Assembly (NCBI GenBank): GCA_963714015.1
Contig: OY970223.1
Coordinates: 1,152,001-1,216,000 of the forward strand
Source: Vulcanimicrobiota bacterium
GTDB lineage: Bacteria; Vulcanimicrobiota; Vulcanimicrobiia; Vulcanimicrobiales; Vulcanimicrobiaceae
Reading direction: 5' to 3'
Length of the DNA: 64,000 bases
Positions 55,191-64,000 of this stretch are shown here, piece after piece. Below the pieces are notes generated by a model. It ran no database searches and was not told the DNA's origin. It saw only the letters and a program-made list of their open reading frames with translations. The translations under genes were made by a program, and so were the position numbers. The first letter of the stretch is position 1; each line of letters begins with the position of its first letter.

Positions 55191-55340
55191 GGGTTTGGGC
55201 TCAGTGCCGTGGATCTGCCCCACGGGCAATTGCTCGGCCGGATGCGCCTAATGAGGAAGTCATGTTTAATTCGCGGGACCATGAATCCGCTGCCGCTGCC
55301 ACTGCCGGTGCGGATGTAGACGGAGTCCTTAGACTTTTCT

Positions 55341-55655
55341 ATGCCGGAGGTCGCCAAAGAGCTTGTAGAGACCCTTGGCGCTCGGCTTGCGGCGGCAATT
55401 GGCGGTGCGCAAGAGGCGCGCCGCGCTCGTGAATGGGCCTCCAACGTGCCTCCCCAACGGCCGGAAAACCTACGCACGGCTTTGCAGGCGACTCGGTGCA
55501 TAGTTGCGTTCGCTGGCCCCGAGACTGCAAAAGCGTGGTTCGTGGGTTGCTCAAGCCACCTCGATTACGAAGCACCTCTGACCGTGCTAAGTGAAAATTC
55601 GTCCGATTCGCGTACCAAGGTTCTACGTGCAGCTATACATTTCTCGCAGCGCTAG
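55341..55655 (+). CDS. Xre/MbcA/ParS-like antitoxin
   Basis: LGARLAAAI.G....R.WA, AKAWF.G...LD.EAP. Confidence 0.7.
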   Translation: MPEVAKELVETLGARLAAAIGGAQEARRAREWASNVPPQRPENLRTALQATRCIVAFAGPETAKAWFVGCSSHLDYEAPLTVLSENSSDSRTKVLRAAIHFSQR

Positions 55656-55676
55656 AGCTCTTAATTTCGCTCACTA

Positions 55677-56358
55677 ATGTCTTACAAGATGATAGAGGTT
55701 CCTCGGAATCTGTATCGATTAAGCTATGGACCCGACCCCCTGGCCCTGGCGCCGCTCGAACGTATCAAAGAGAGTCCTGGTCGATGGGATCCCTTGAACT
55801 TCGACTACAGGTGCCTTTACGCAAGCTCAAGCCTGGAGGTTGCCTATATAGAATCGCTGGCTGACCTTCGCCCCAACGCTAAGGCGTTACACTTACTTGC
55901 TGACGTTATAATAAGCGAACCGGAAGAAAGCATTGCGATAAATTATGGGGACGCGATTAGTCAATATTTGTCGCGCAGATCGGTTGCCATTATCATTGTA
56001 CCCCAGCGAACTGCAGCTCGTAGATATTGTTGCTCCCCAGTCGCGATCAAAATTGCAAACGCAGACTTCGCCTTCACCGTACGCTGAAAGTAGGGGATCT
56101 CACCGGCAGTGACCTAGCAATTCCGCGTCGGTGCTCGCAACTTGCAAAAGACTCAGGTTGTATTGGAATTGCGTCACCTTCAGACTGAGGCGTCCCCTTT
56201 TGAATCGGAAGCGAAAAATTTCACGGTTTTTGAAACAAATATCGGTTCCAATGAGCTTATGGCGCACCTGGTCAGCTCACACGGTTGTCCCGGCGCTTGA
56301 CGAGAAGATTGCGCTTAACGCGGCCATTCTAATCCTGGGAATTGACGCGCGTTTCTAA
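55677..56358 (+). CDS. RES-domain toxin (frameshifted)
   Basis: LYR, GRWD, CLYAS..LE.AYIE.LA..RP; downstream of Xre-like gene. Confidence 0.7.
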
Positions 56359-56417
56359 TCATCACTCTGTGAATCAAAAAAACATATCACTAACGTTTTT
56401 TTGGACAAGGAATTGTC

Positions 56418-58718
56418 GTGCCAATAGATATCAAATATAACCCCTTCGACCATATGAATGCGGTCAGTGATCCCACTCTTTTTATTGGTCGAGAGCAGGA
56501 GCTCAAAGACATCAGATACTATTTTGAGCAGTCTCGATTAGCGCCACGCCCATTTCACTTGGCCATCATCGGTGAGCGCGGCTCGGGGAAAACAAGTGTT
56601 TTAAATATGGCCGAGCGCACCGGAAGGGAATGTGGATTCTGCGTCGCTCGCATCAACCTGAATGAATCGAACGTAAGCAGTACCCTTCAGTTTCTCTTTA
56701 AGATCTTTAGCGCGATAATTGAAGCGGTAATACGGCTTGACTGCACTGAGGGCGGGGCATGCCTCGGTGGTCCCAATGGTCCGATCTACACAACGTATAT
56801 CGATACAATCACCACTTATACCGTCCCCCCGCCGGACCAGCGCACCTTTACGTTTCCTGTTCAATACGCAATGGCGATGTCCGCTGGCCGCAACGATGCG
56901 CCTATAATCGAGGACGCATTCGAATCTGATCTTAAAAAGTTGCACGCGGCCGTGCAACGACCGATTGCCCTTCTTTTTGATGAGTGCAATCTACTCGCTG
57001 ACAAACGCGCTGACCTACAGATGCTCCGAAATATTTTTATGAACACCCCCGGATACATGCTCGTGCTCAGTGGAACGCCAGAGATGTTTCCGATTATGAG
57101 CGACGTCTTCTCGCCTATTGCTAGGCAATTCACTCGCATAGAGATCAAACCATTTGCCGATATTATGGAAACCAAACGTGCAATATCTGTGCCCTTTAAA
57201 CAGATCGGGCTGGAACCTGGATTATCTCGCCTACCTTGGATTAATACACGCGACTTGCAGGAAATTCACGAGCTAAGTGGCGGCAAGCCGCATGAGATCC
57301 AGTTAATCTGTCATTGTTTGACGCGTCAGATACAGGAGGGCAAGAAACGAACAGTCGAGATTGATATGGATCTTCTGGACCAGGTTTTGCTGGAACTGCG
57401 AAAGGGCGTGGATCTTTCTCAACATCCCGTCATTTCCGCTATTAGAGAAATGAACGAAAAACAGATCGACGAGTTGGCGATCTTCATGCAGGCTGAAGGC
57501 GCAACCTTCACACAATATGAATTTGTGGAGACGGCGTTTAAGCTTCCCAAGCGGCCTAAGATTAATCGAAAGATATTCGAGTGGGCAATAGACGCCGGCG
57601 TATTTCGATTAGATGACGATAAAATTGTCTTTTGTGGAGACTCATTTGACAAAGTATATTGCCGCTATTATGCGAGTCGTCGTGGCGCAACGATCTATTT
57701 CAATTTTCTCCCGGTGGACTTATACTTAGCAACTCGGATGGCACGGTATGCCCACGATGAAATGGGTCTTGATCTGCTAGGATGGCATGATCCGGAACAA
57801 AGCATCTTAGTTGCAAGAAGCGCCCGTCCGGTTGACAATGACGAAGGCAGACCTGTAGTCACCATTAGCCCGATCGCACTGCGCCGGCTGTTTTTTGCTG
57901 AGTTTGAGGCAGTGCATTGCGGGGTTGCGGGGTTTCCAAATTATTCCGCCATTGTAAAATATGGAGGCGTTTCGGCGGCTGCTATATTCCTGCCCTCCGA
58001 AATTCGGAAGTTTGACCCAGCGCTGGCGGACGTAAAGTTTCGGAACCTCAGGCAGCGCCTGGAGATTCTTGGGGCGGAATTTACCTATACTAGTGGCGAG
58101 GTTGACTCGACGACGGTTGAACAAATATATGAGACTACTAAGGCATTTCTTTCCGGAAGTCCTACCACAGAATGGGAGGCTGAGACCGAGCGCGAGTTTT
58201 TTTCATTTTTCATCGGTGTGTATACAGAACGGCATGACATAATCCTTGCGCGAGCATACGCGGACGCGCTATCAATTGCGTTTGATCGTACTTCGGCGGA
58301 GATGGCCAACAATATAGGATACTTCCATATGGCTGTCAATAATTTGCCGTCCGCAGCGTTGTATTTGGAGCGTGCAGAATCCCAACTTGAGGATGAAGAC
58401 AACGATTCTCGGAGACTTGTGTCATATAATTTAGCGATTTTGCGGCTACTTCAGGGGAAGTTTAGTGAGAGCCGTAAACAATACGAGATAGCACGTGAGG
58501 TGAAAAATACTCCGGTAGACTCGGCGCAGTGTCTGCTGGTTCCGGAGATTGAGTCGAAAGCGGTGCGCCTGCGTGAACGGTGGAATCCGAAGTACAAGTT
58601 TGCCTTTGAAGCGCTTGATCGTGCGCTACAGAAGATAGCGGATGAAACTGTGCACATCGACGTACCTGCGCCCATAGTCCTAGAGAGCGACTCACCCAAC
58701 GTGTCATTTCATAAATGA
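56418..58718 (+). CDS. STAND-like AAA ATPase with C-terminal TPR repeats
   Basis: NPF..P.LFIGREQEL, GERGSGKTS, LLFDE, SGGKP; ANNIGY and YNLAIL TPR motifs; low GC. Confidence 0.85.
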   Translation: MPIDIKYNPFDHMNAVSDPTLFIGREQELKDIRYYFEQSRLAPRPFHLAIIGERGSGKTSVLNMAERTGRECGFCVARINLNESNVSSTLQFLFKIFSAIIEAVIRLDCTEGGACLGGPNGPIYTTYIDTITTYTVPPPDQRTFTFPVQYAMAMSAGRNDAPIIEDAFESDLKKLHAAVQRPIALLFDECNLLADKRADLQMLRNIFMNTPGYMLVLSGTPEMFPIMSDVFSPIARQFTRIEIKPFADIMETKRAISVPFKQIGLEPGLSRLPWINTRDLQEIHELSGGKPHEIQLICHCLTRQIQEGKKRTVEIDMDLLDQVLLELRKGVDLSQHPVISAIREMNEKQIDELAIFMQAEGATFTQYEFVETAFKLPKRPKINRKIFEWAIDAGVFRLDDDKIVFCGDSFDKVYCRYYASRRGATIYFNFLPVDLYLATRMARYAHDEMGLDLLGWHDPEQSILVARSARPVDNDEGRPVVTISPIALRRLFFAEFEAVHCGVAGFPNYSAIVKYGGVSAAAIFLPSEIRKFDPALADVKFRNLRQRLEILGAEFTYTSGEVDSTTVEQIYETTKAFLSGSPTTEWEAETEREFFSFFIGVYTERHDIILARAYADALSIAFDRTSAEMANNIGYFHMAVNNLPSAALYLERAESQLEDEDNDSRRLVSYNLAILRLLQGKFSESRKQYEIAREVKNTPVDSAQCLLVPEIESKAVRLRERWNPKYKFAFEALDRALQKIADETVHIDVPAPIVLESDSPNVSFHK

Positions 58719-58746
58719 TATCCTAAATCTCCAAGTATCGTACACG

Positions 58747-58930
58747 TTGCGAGTTGTCACCATGCGCCACACTGCTAACACGTTACTTCTTTCGGAGCGA
58801 GTTAGACCGAACGTTGTAGCCGAGCGTATGGGTCATTCCACGACGAGGACGACACTGGACACTTATGGCCACGTTCGGCCCTCAGATCATCGGTACGCCA
58901 ACGAGCGACTTGACGATATATTCGCGGAGT
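58747..58930 (+). pseudogene. Tyrosine integrase C-terminal remnant
   Basis: RHTANTLLL....P.VVAERMGHS....TLDTYGHV. Confidence 0.85.
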
Positions 58931-58986
58931 TTGGTGGTCAAACGGTGGTCAAGGCGTCGCCAATGCATTTGCGTGGAACCAAAAGA

Positions 58987-59019
58987 AAAACCCGCATCGT
59001 CAATATCGACGCGGGTTTT
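58987..59019 (-). terminator. Intrinsic terminator downstream of tRNA
   Basis: AAAACCCGC...GCGGGTTTT. Confidence 0.7.
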
Positions 59020-59026
59020 CGGACTC

Positions 59027-59100
59027 TGGAGATGGGGGGACTCGAACCCCCGACCCCTTACATGCGAAGCAAGTGCTCTACCAGTCTGAGCTACATCCCC
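59027..59100 (-). tRNA. tRNA-Ala (anticodon CGC), CCA not encoded
   Basis: GGGGATGTAGCTCAGACTGGTAGAGCACTTGCTTCGCATGTAAGGGGTCGGGGGTTCGAGTCCCCCCATCTCCA; cloverleaf, G3:U70. Confidence 0.97.
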
Positions 59101-59234
59101 AAAGTTTCTGTGCCTCGCCGCAGGCCGTGGCTTCGACGGGTCGCCACACCGCCGCGAAGGCAACGCGGGTGATTATACGGCCGGTGAGGGGCCCCTGTCT
59201 ACACGAGGGGTCCTAACGCTGTCTTGAGGATGAT

Positions 59235-59253
59235 TTTGCCAATGGTTCGCAAA
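59235..59253. promoter_or_regulatory. Candidate Fur/Zur box
   Basis: Imperfect palindrome TTTGCCAATGGTTCGCAAA just upstream of the Fur-family gene. Confidence 0.45.
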
Positions 59254-59263
59254 TTAGGCCGGC

Positions 59264-59648
59264 GTGCGTTCGCAATACATAACCCGGCCGAGGGAGCAGA
59301 TCTCCGCCGTTCTGCGGCGCGAGCAGCGCTATCTCTCTGCCGCTGACGTCTTCAACCTGTTAAAGAAGGCCAGGGCCGAAGGTCTCGCTCTCGACGGTTT
59401 ACCGGACGCTGGGGATGCTCGAATCGAAGGGCGAGGCGAGCTCGCGCCTTGATGCAAGCGGCGAGGCAACCTACGTCAGCTGCGCCCCTACGCATCATCA
59501 CCACGCCATTTGCAGTAAATGCGGGCGTGTCGACGAGGTTGCGTGCGAGACGATCGAGCGGCTCGCGAACGACCTCGTCAGTCACCACGGTTTCGAATTG
59601 GAAGATCACGCTATGGAATTTTTCGGGCGGTGCGCGTCGTGCCGCTAA
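59264..59648 (+). CDS. Fur-family regulator (probably Zur), frameshifted
   Basis: TRPR..I, LSA.DV, STVYRTL, HHHHAICSKCG, GRCASC. Confidence 0.85.
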
Positions 59649-60556
59649 GGTATATTGCAATCTGCGCGGTGCTTGTGCTGACAGCTTGCGCGTCGCCCAC
59701 CAGAACCTCGGACCGGCAATCAACGACGTACTCATCTGCCTCCGCCAGTGCCGCCGCTCATGGTGCCACGATAAAAGGTCGTTACGACATTCTCGACGTT
59801 GAATTCGTTCGTGGAGGGCGTCGGCGGAAATTTGGTGCAGGTTCACAATCTCGTGCCGGTTGGGGCTTCGCCGGAAGATTACCAGCCTGCGCCGCAGGAC
59901 GTTGCCTCTCTCGCCGATGCTCAGCTCGTGGTGGAAAACGGGACCGGCATCGAAGTGTGGCTGCAACGGACGATCTCGGACAGTGCGACCAAGGCGCGCG
60001 TCCTCGTGCTCTCCGACGGTCTTCCGCATATCGATCACAATCCGCATCTATGGATGGACCCGGTCAATGCGCGCGTCGTACGTCGGCAAGATTCGCGACG
60101 CGCTGATTGCCATGGATCCGGCGCACAAGGCACAATATACCGCGAATGCGGCGAGCCTACGACAAGCAGCTGCGTCGCATTGCAAACATGGATTGGGCGG
60201 CAGATTCCGCAGATACCCGCCGCCCAGCGGAACATGATCATCTTTCACAACGCGTTCGACTATTACAACCGCCGGTTCGGAATTCGCACCGTCGGCGTGA
60301 TCGAACTCTCGCCGGGCCAGGATCCCAACCCCGCGTACATCGCGCACTTGTCGATCTGGCGCGCGCCAACCACGTTCGAGCGGTCTTTTCCGAACCGGAG
60401 TATAGTCCAAAACTTGCGCAAAACTTGGCAAAGAGCGCCGGTATTCGGGTCGTGACCGATCTGTACGATGATTCCATCGGCAACGACCCGCGCGTTCACA
60501 ACTACGTCGACATGCTGCACTACGATACCGGCGTGATCGTTCGAGCCCTGAAGTGA
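59639..60556 (+). CDS. Metal ABC transporter substrate-binding lipoprotein (ZnuA-like), frameshifted
   Basis: Lipobox LTAC, LVPVGASPEDY.P, NPHLWMDP, FHNAFDY, FSEP. Confidence 0.88.
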
Positions 60557-61292
60557 CGCGCGGCCGTCCGCATACAGGACTTGGTCGTGCGCTACGACCG
60601 GCTCGTCGCGCTCGCCGGAGCGAGTTTGGAACTGAATGCCGGCGAGGCACTCGGCATCGTCGGCCCCAACGGGTCGGGCAAGTCGACGCTGCTCAAGACG
60701 GTTGCAGGCCTCTTGGAACCCACCTCCGGAACGCTCTCGGTTTTCGGAAAGGTGCCGCGCACGTTGCCGCCGGGAACGATCGCGTACGTTCCGCAGATCG
60801 AAGACGTCGACTGGACGTTTCCCGCCTCCGTCTGGGACGTCGTCGCAATGGCGCGATTTCCGCAAATCGGTCTTTTCGGACGGTTCGGGAAGCGTGACAC
60901 GCGCGGCGGTCAACCGCGCGCTCGAACTCGTTCACATGGGGGATCTCGCGAAGCGGCGTATATCGGCGCTCTCGGGCGGCCAGCAGCAGCGCGTTTTCGT
61001 AGCGCGTGCCATCGCGCAGAATCCGAAGTTGCTGCTGCTCGACGAGCCGACGACCGGCGTCGATGCCGCAACCGAAGAAGCGCTGCGCAAAGTCGTGCGT
61101 GCATTGGTCGCCGAAGGGATTGCCGTGCTGATGAGCACGCACGATCTGGACCGTGCATCCGATTGGTTCGATCGATTGATGGTACTGGATCGGCGCGTGC
61201 TTGCGATCGGCACGCCGGGCGAAGTCCTCGAGTCGGGCGCCTATGCCGGCATTCGGGAACACACGCATACGCACGGGCATATGCGCGTCTGA
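60553..61292 (+). CDS. Metal ABC transporter ATP-binding protein (ZnuC-like), frameshifted
   Basis: GPNGSGKST, LSGGQQQR, LLLDEP. Confidence 0.9.
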
Positions 61293-62132
61293 TGCAGCAC
61301 CTCGCCGATCCGTTTCAATACGCGTTCATGCAACGGGCGTTCGTTACGGCGCTGCTGGTGGGCGTTCTGTGCTCGGCCATGGGCACGTATGTCATTCTGC
61401 GGAAGCTCTCGTTCATCGGCGACGGCATCGCGCATGCTTCGTTTGCCGGGATCGTCATTGCCTATCTGCGCGGCATCGATTATTACGCCGGGGCCGGCGG
61501 CGGTTGCTATCGTCACGGCAGTCGGAATCGGCTTCGTGCACCGCAAGGGCCGGATCGCGCTCGACACGGCGATCGGCGTGCTTTTCACCGGAGCCTTCGC
61601 CCTGGGCATTTTTCTCATGAGCCGGCAGCGAACGTACTCCGTCGATCTCCAGAGTTTTCTTTTCGGCGACATTCTCTCAGTAGGCCCGAGCGATGTCTGG
61701 ATGATCGTTGCGCTTTCGCTCGTGGTGCTCATCGTTACGGCGCTCATGTACCGGGCGTTATTGTATACGTCGTTCGATCCGGTGGTGGCCCAAGCCAGCG
61801 GCATTCGCGCGCCGTTGGTCGAGTACGTCTTGCTCGTGCTGCTCGCGCTCACCATCGTCATTTCGCTGCAGGCGGTCGGCATTGTCTTGGTTGCAGCGCT
61901 GCTCGTCACGCCCGCTGCCGCCGCTTATCAACTAACGTCGCGCTTTCGAAGTATGATGGCCCTCTCCGCGTTCTTCGGCGCGATGTGCGCGGTCGGCGGC
62001 CTGTATCTTTCGTATTACCTGCAGAGTTCGAGCGGCGCGACGATTGTGCTCGCGGCAACGATTCTCTTTTTTGCCGCAATCGGCATCAAGCACGCCGGAT
62101 CGTACGTGCGCTCTATCGCGAAGCAATCGTAA
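61292..62132 (+). CDS. Metal ABC transporter permease (ZnuB-like), frameshifted
   Basis: FMQRAF, GDGIAHA..G, FLFGDIL, VGIVLVAALLVTP. Confidence 0.9.
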
Positions 62133-62844
62133 ACGGGGCCGTATACGTCGCGGTTCCTTGGCGCAATTGCACCCACGCGCGGTAGAAACCGGCCGGCATT
62201 GCCGGCAGCGCGAATACTCCCTGCGCGTTTGCGCTGGGATGCAGATACTCCAGATTCGATACGCCGATGATCGTCATCTCCATCGGTACGCGTGTTCTTG
62301 CGCCATCGCGCGAGAGTGTTACCGCGAGCGTACTCGGACGATTCACCGGCAGCGCCGCCGTCGAGATAGCGACGTGAAAGGGACCGGCCATCACTCCGCG
62401 GTTTCTCGCGGCGACGGTGGTAACTTGGTGGCGCGGCGCACTTGCCTGCAGCACGAAACGGAAGACTTGCTGCCGCATCTCGAACGGGGTGCTGCTCGCA
62501 AAGGCATAAAATCGATGGCCCGGCTGGAGTGTAATCGAGGTTCGAAAATGTCCGTCGCTTTGCATTTGCGGGTGCACGTGAAAGAACGTCGTAAAGTCAT
62601 CGCGCACGAGAACGAAGTGCATCGTCTCGCCGCCGTACGACGGCACGTAACGTCTAAGCGGCGATTTGGATCCGGGACGGTATTGCGCGAGATCGACTTC
62701 GCCTGCACCGACTCGGGTCAAAACCGACGTCACTTCGGATTTGCCGCCGAACAGCGCGAACTGACCGTTCTGCTGTTTGGGCGCCGCAGCCAGTAAGCCG
62801 ATCGCCGCGATGGCGGCTAACCGGCAGAGCGTACCACTCGCCAC
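62113..62844 (-). CDS. Secreted protein, possibly metal-binding
   Basis: Signal peptide; MH.VLVRDD..F.HVHP, YLHP, G.YR.W.Q. Confidence 0.65.
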   Translation of the reverse strand: MASGTLCRLAAIAAIGLLAAAPKQQNGQFALFGGKSEVTSVLTRVGAGEVDLAQYRPGSKSPLRRYVPSYGGETMHFVLVRDDFTTFFHVHPQMQSDGHFRTSITLQPGHRFYAFASSTPFEMRQQVFRFVLQASAPRHQVTTVAARNRGVMAGPFHVAISTAALPVNRPSTLAVTLSRDGARTRVPMEMTIIGVSNLEYLHPSANAQGVFALPAMPAGFYRAWVQLRQGTATYTAPFTIASR

Positions 62845-63882
62845 GATTCGTCTCCCGTGCGTTCCAGAAAGCCGCCCGCAGTCAGTGCTTCCAGCGCTTC
62901 TTGCATGGCGGCGCGTTCATTCTTATTCGGCATTCCGGCCCAGCGCATTGCCGCATCGCTCAGGTGCACGTCGCTTCCGGGCCGCAGCAGTTCCGCCAGA
63001 AAGGCGGCCGGCAGTTTCACGCGCTCCATACGCCGCGCAACCGGTTCCAGGGCTGCTTCGAATGACGTGCTTTCAACGACCTCAACGTTCTGGGCGGGCG
63101 CTTGTGCTGCGTGGGAGTTTGGCGGAGCCGCGGCGGACGGACTTGTCCGTGAAATACGGAAGCCACTCGCCCAGAATCGCACCCAGCGTGTGCCACGGAA
63201 CGGCAAGCAGTCTGCGCGGCCGCCGTTTGACTGCGTGCATGATGCGCTTCGCAACGTGTTCCGGTTTTACCGGCACCCAACTGGGGCCGTACGCCGGAAT
63301 GCCCGCCGTCTTTGCAAAGTTCGTCTGCACCGACCCCGGATCGATGAACGTCACCGCTACCCCCGAGCCTTGCAGCTCGCGCCCCAGTTGCGTTGCGAGC
63401 GCTTCGATTGCGGCTTTTGCGGCGCAGTAGGCGCCGTAGTAGGGAACCGGTACGCGCCGCAATCCCGAACCGACGAACATCACTTGTCCATGCGAAGCCT
63501 GGAGCAGCGCAAACGCCGCGCGCGTAATGCGCAAAGGCGCGGCGACGTGCAGCTTCCACTGTCCGTCGATCTGCTCGTCGGTTTGATCCAGCAGCATTCC
63601 GCCGACGGCCGCTCCGGCGCAGTGAACGATGACGTCGATTCGACCGAAGCGCGTCTGCGCCGTGCCGACGATGCGCGCCGGCGCGTCTTGGGCGGTAACG
63701 TCGATGACGAGCGGTACGCAAGTGTTGCCCTCGCTCGAAAGTTCGGCGCAGACACGTTCCAGTTCGGCCTTCTCGCGGGAAATCGCGACGACCGCATACC
63801 CGGCTTCCGCGGCCTGCACCGTAAGAGCGCGCCCGATTCCGGAGCTCGCGCCCGTGACAATCATAACTTTGCGATCAGACAT
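62817..63882 (-). CDS. SDR family oxidoreductase (frameshift near 63110)
   Basis: TGASSGIG, GRIDV, YCAAK (YxxxK), IDPG. Confidence 0.88.
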
Positions 63883-64000
63883 TGACGCTCGAATACATAC
63901 GCAAGTATTCTTCGTACATCCGCTTCTGATACGCCTTGTCGGCGCGATTGGCATACCAGTCGTCCTCTCGAACGATGGGCGGCGGCGCAGGAACGACGCG
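63875..64000 (-). CDS. C-terminal end of an unidentified protein (5' end outside window)
   Basis: Open frame ...REDDWYANRADKAYQKRMYEEYLRMYSSVNV* overlapping the SDR start. Confidence 0.5.
   Translation of the reverse strand, partial: RVVPAPPPIVREDDWYANRADKAYQKRMYEEYLRMYSSVNV

Noticed and set aside
62857..63885. Long antisense ORFs (this one, 46338..47087, 52321..53088 and similar)
   Set aside because: Shadow ORFs of GC-rich genes with clear motifs on the opposite strand

Overview
GC-rich bacterial chromosomal window. The gene content (Pro-Thr lipoproteins, PQQ beta-propeller lipoproteins, AAA-LuxR regulators, TM-GAF proteins) suggests a soil bacterium such as Eremiobacterota/Vulcanimicrobiota, but this is a weak inference. 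Many single-base frameshifts occur even in housekeeping-type genes, probably long-read consensus errors. (1) 1-8.6 kb: metabolic and stress genes, including a HiPIP, DUF190-crcB, and an AhpD/CMD-like gene with an in-frame TGA in a CxxU motif followed by a SECIS-like hairpin (probable selenoprotein). (2) 8.6-29.2 kb: accessory region with two copies of a three-gene module: a stand-alone winged-helix/arm fragment of a STAND regulator, a full AAA-LuxR STAND regulator, and a secreted PQQ beta-propeller lipoprotein. All four module promoters share a GTAGGG-N-CCCAT box 21-22 nt upstream of a -10 element. Two output-less TM-GAF proteins and several gene remnants lie nearby. (3) 29,260-59,069: a ~29.8 kb island integrated in tRNA-Ala(CGC), bounded by a 43-bp att repeat and arm-like repeats. 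It carries a SNF2/DUF3883 + DUF1156 methylase + HEPN-DUF499 (BREX-related) putative defence operon, ASCH, nucleases, two TA-like pairs, an IncP-like traMLK/oriT/traJI mobilisation module, an excisionase, an IS21, a STAND-TPR ATPase and only a remnant of its integrase. (4) 59.1-64 kb: Fur/Zur regulator with a ZnuABC-type transporter, and an SDR.
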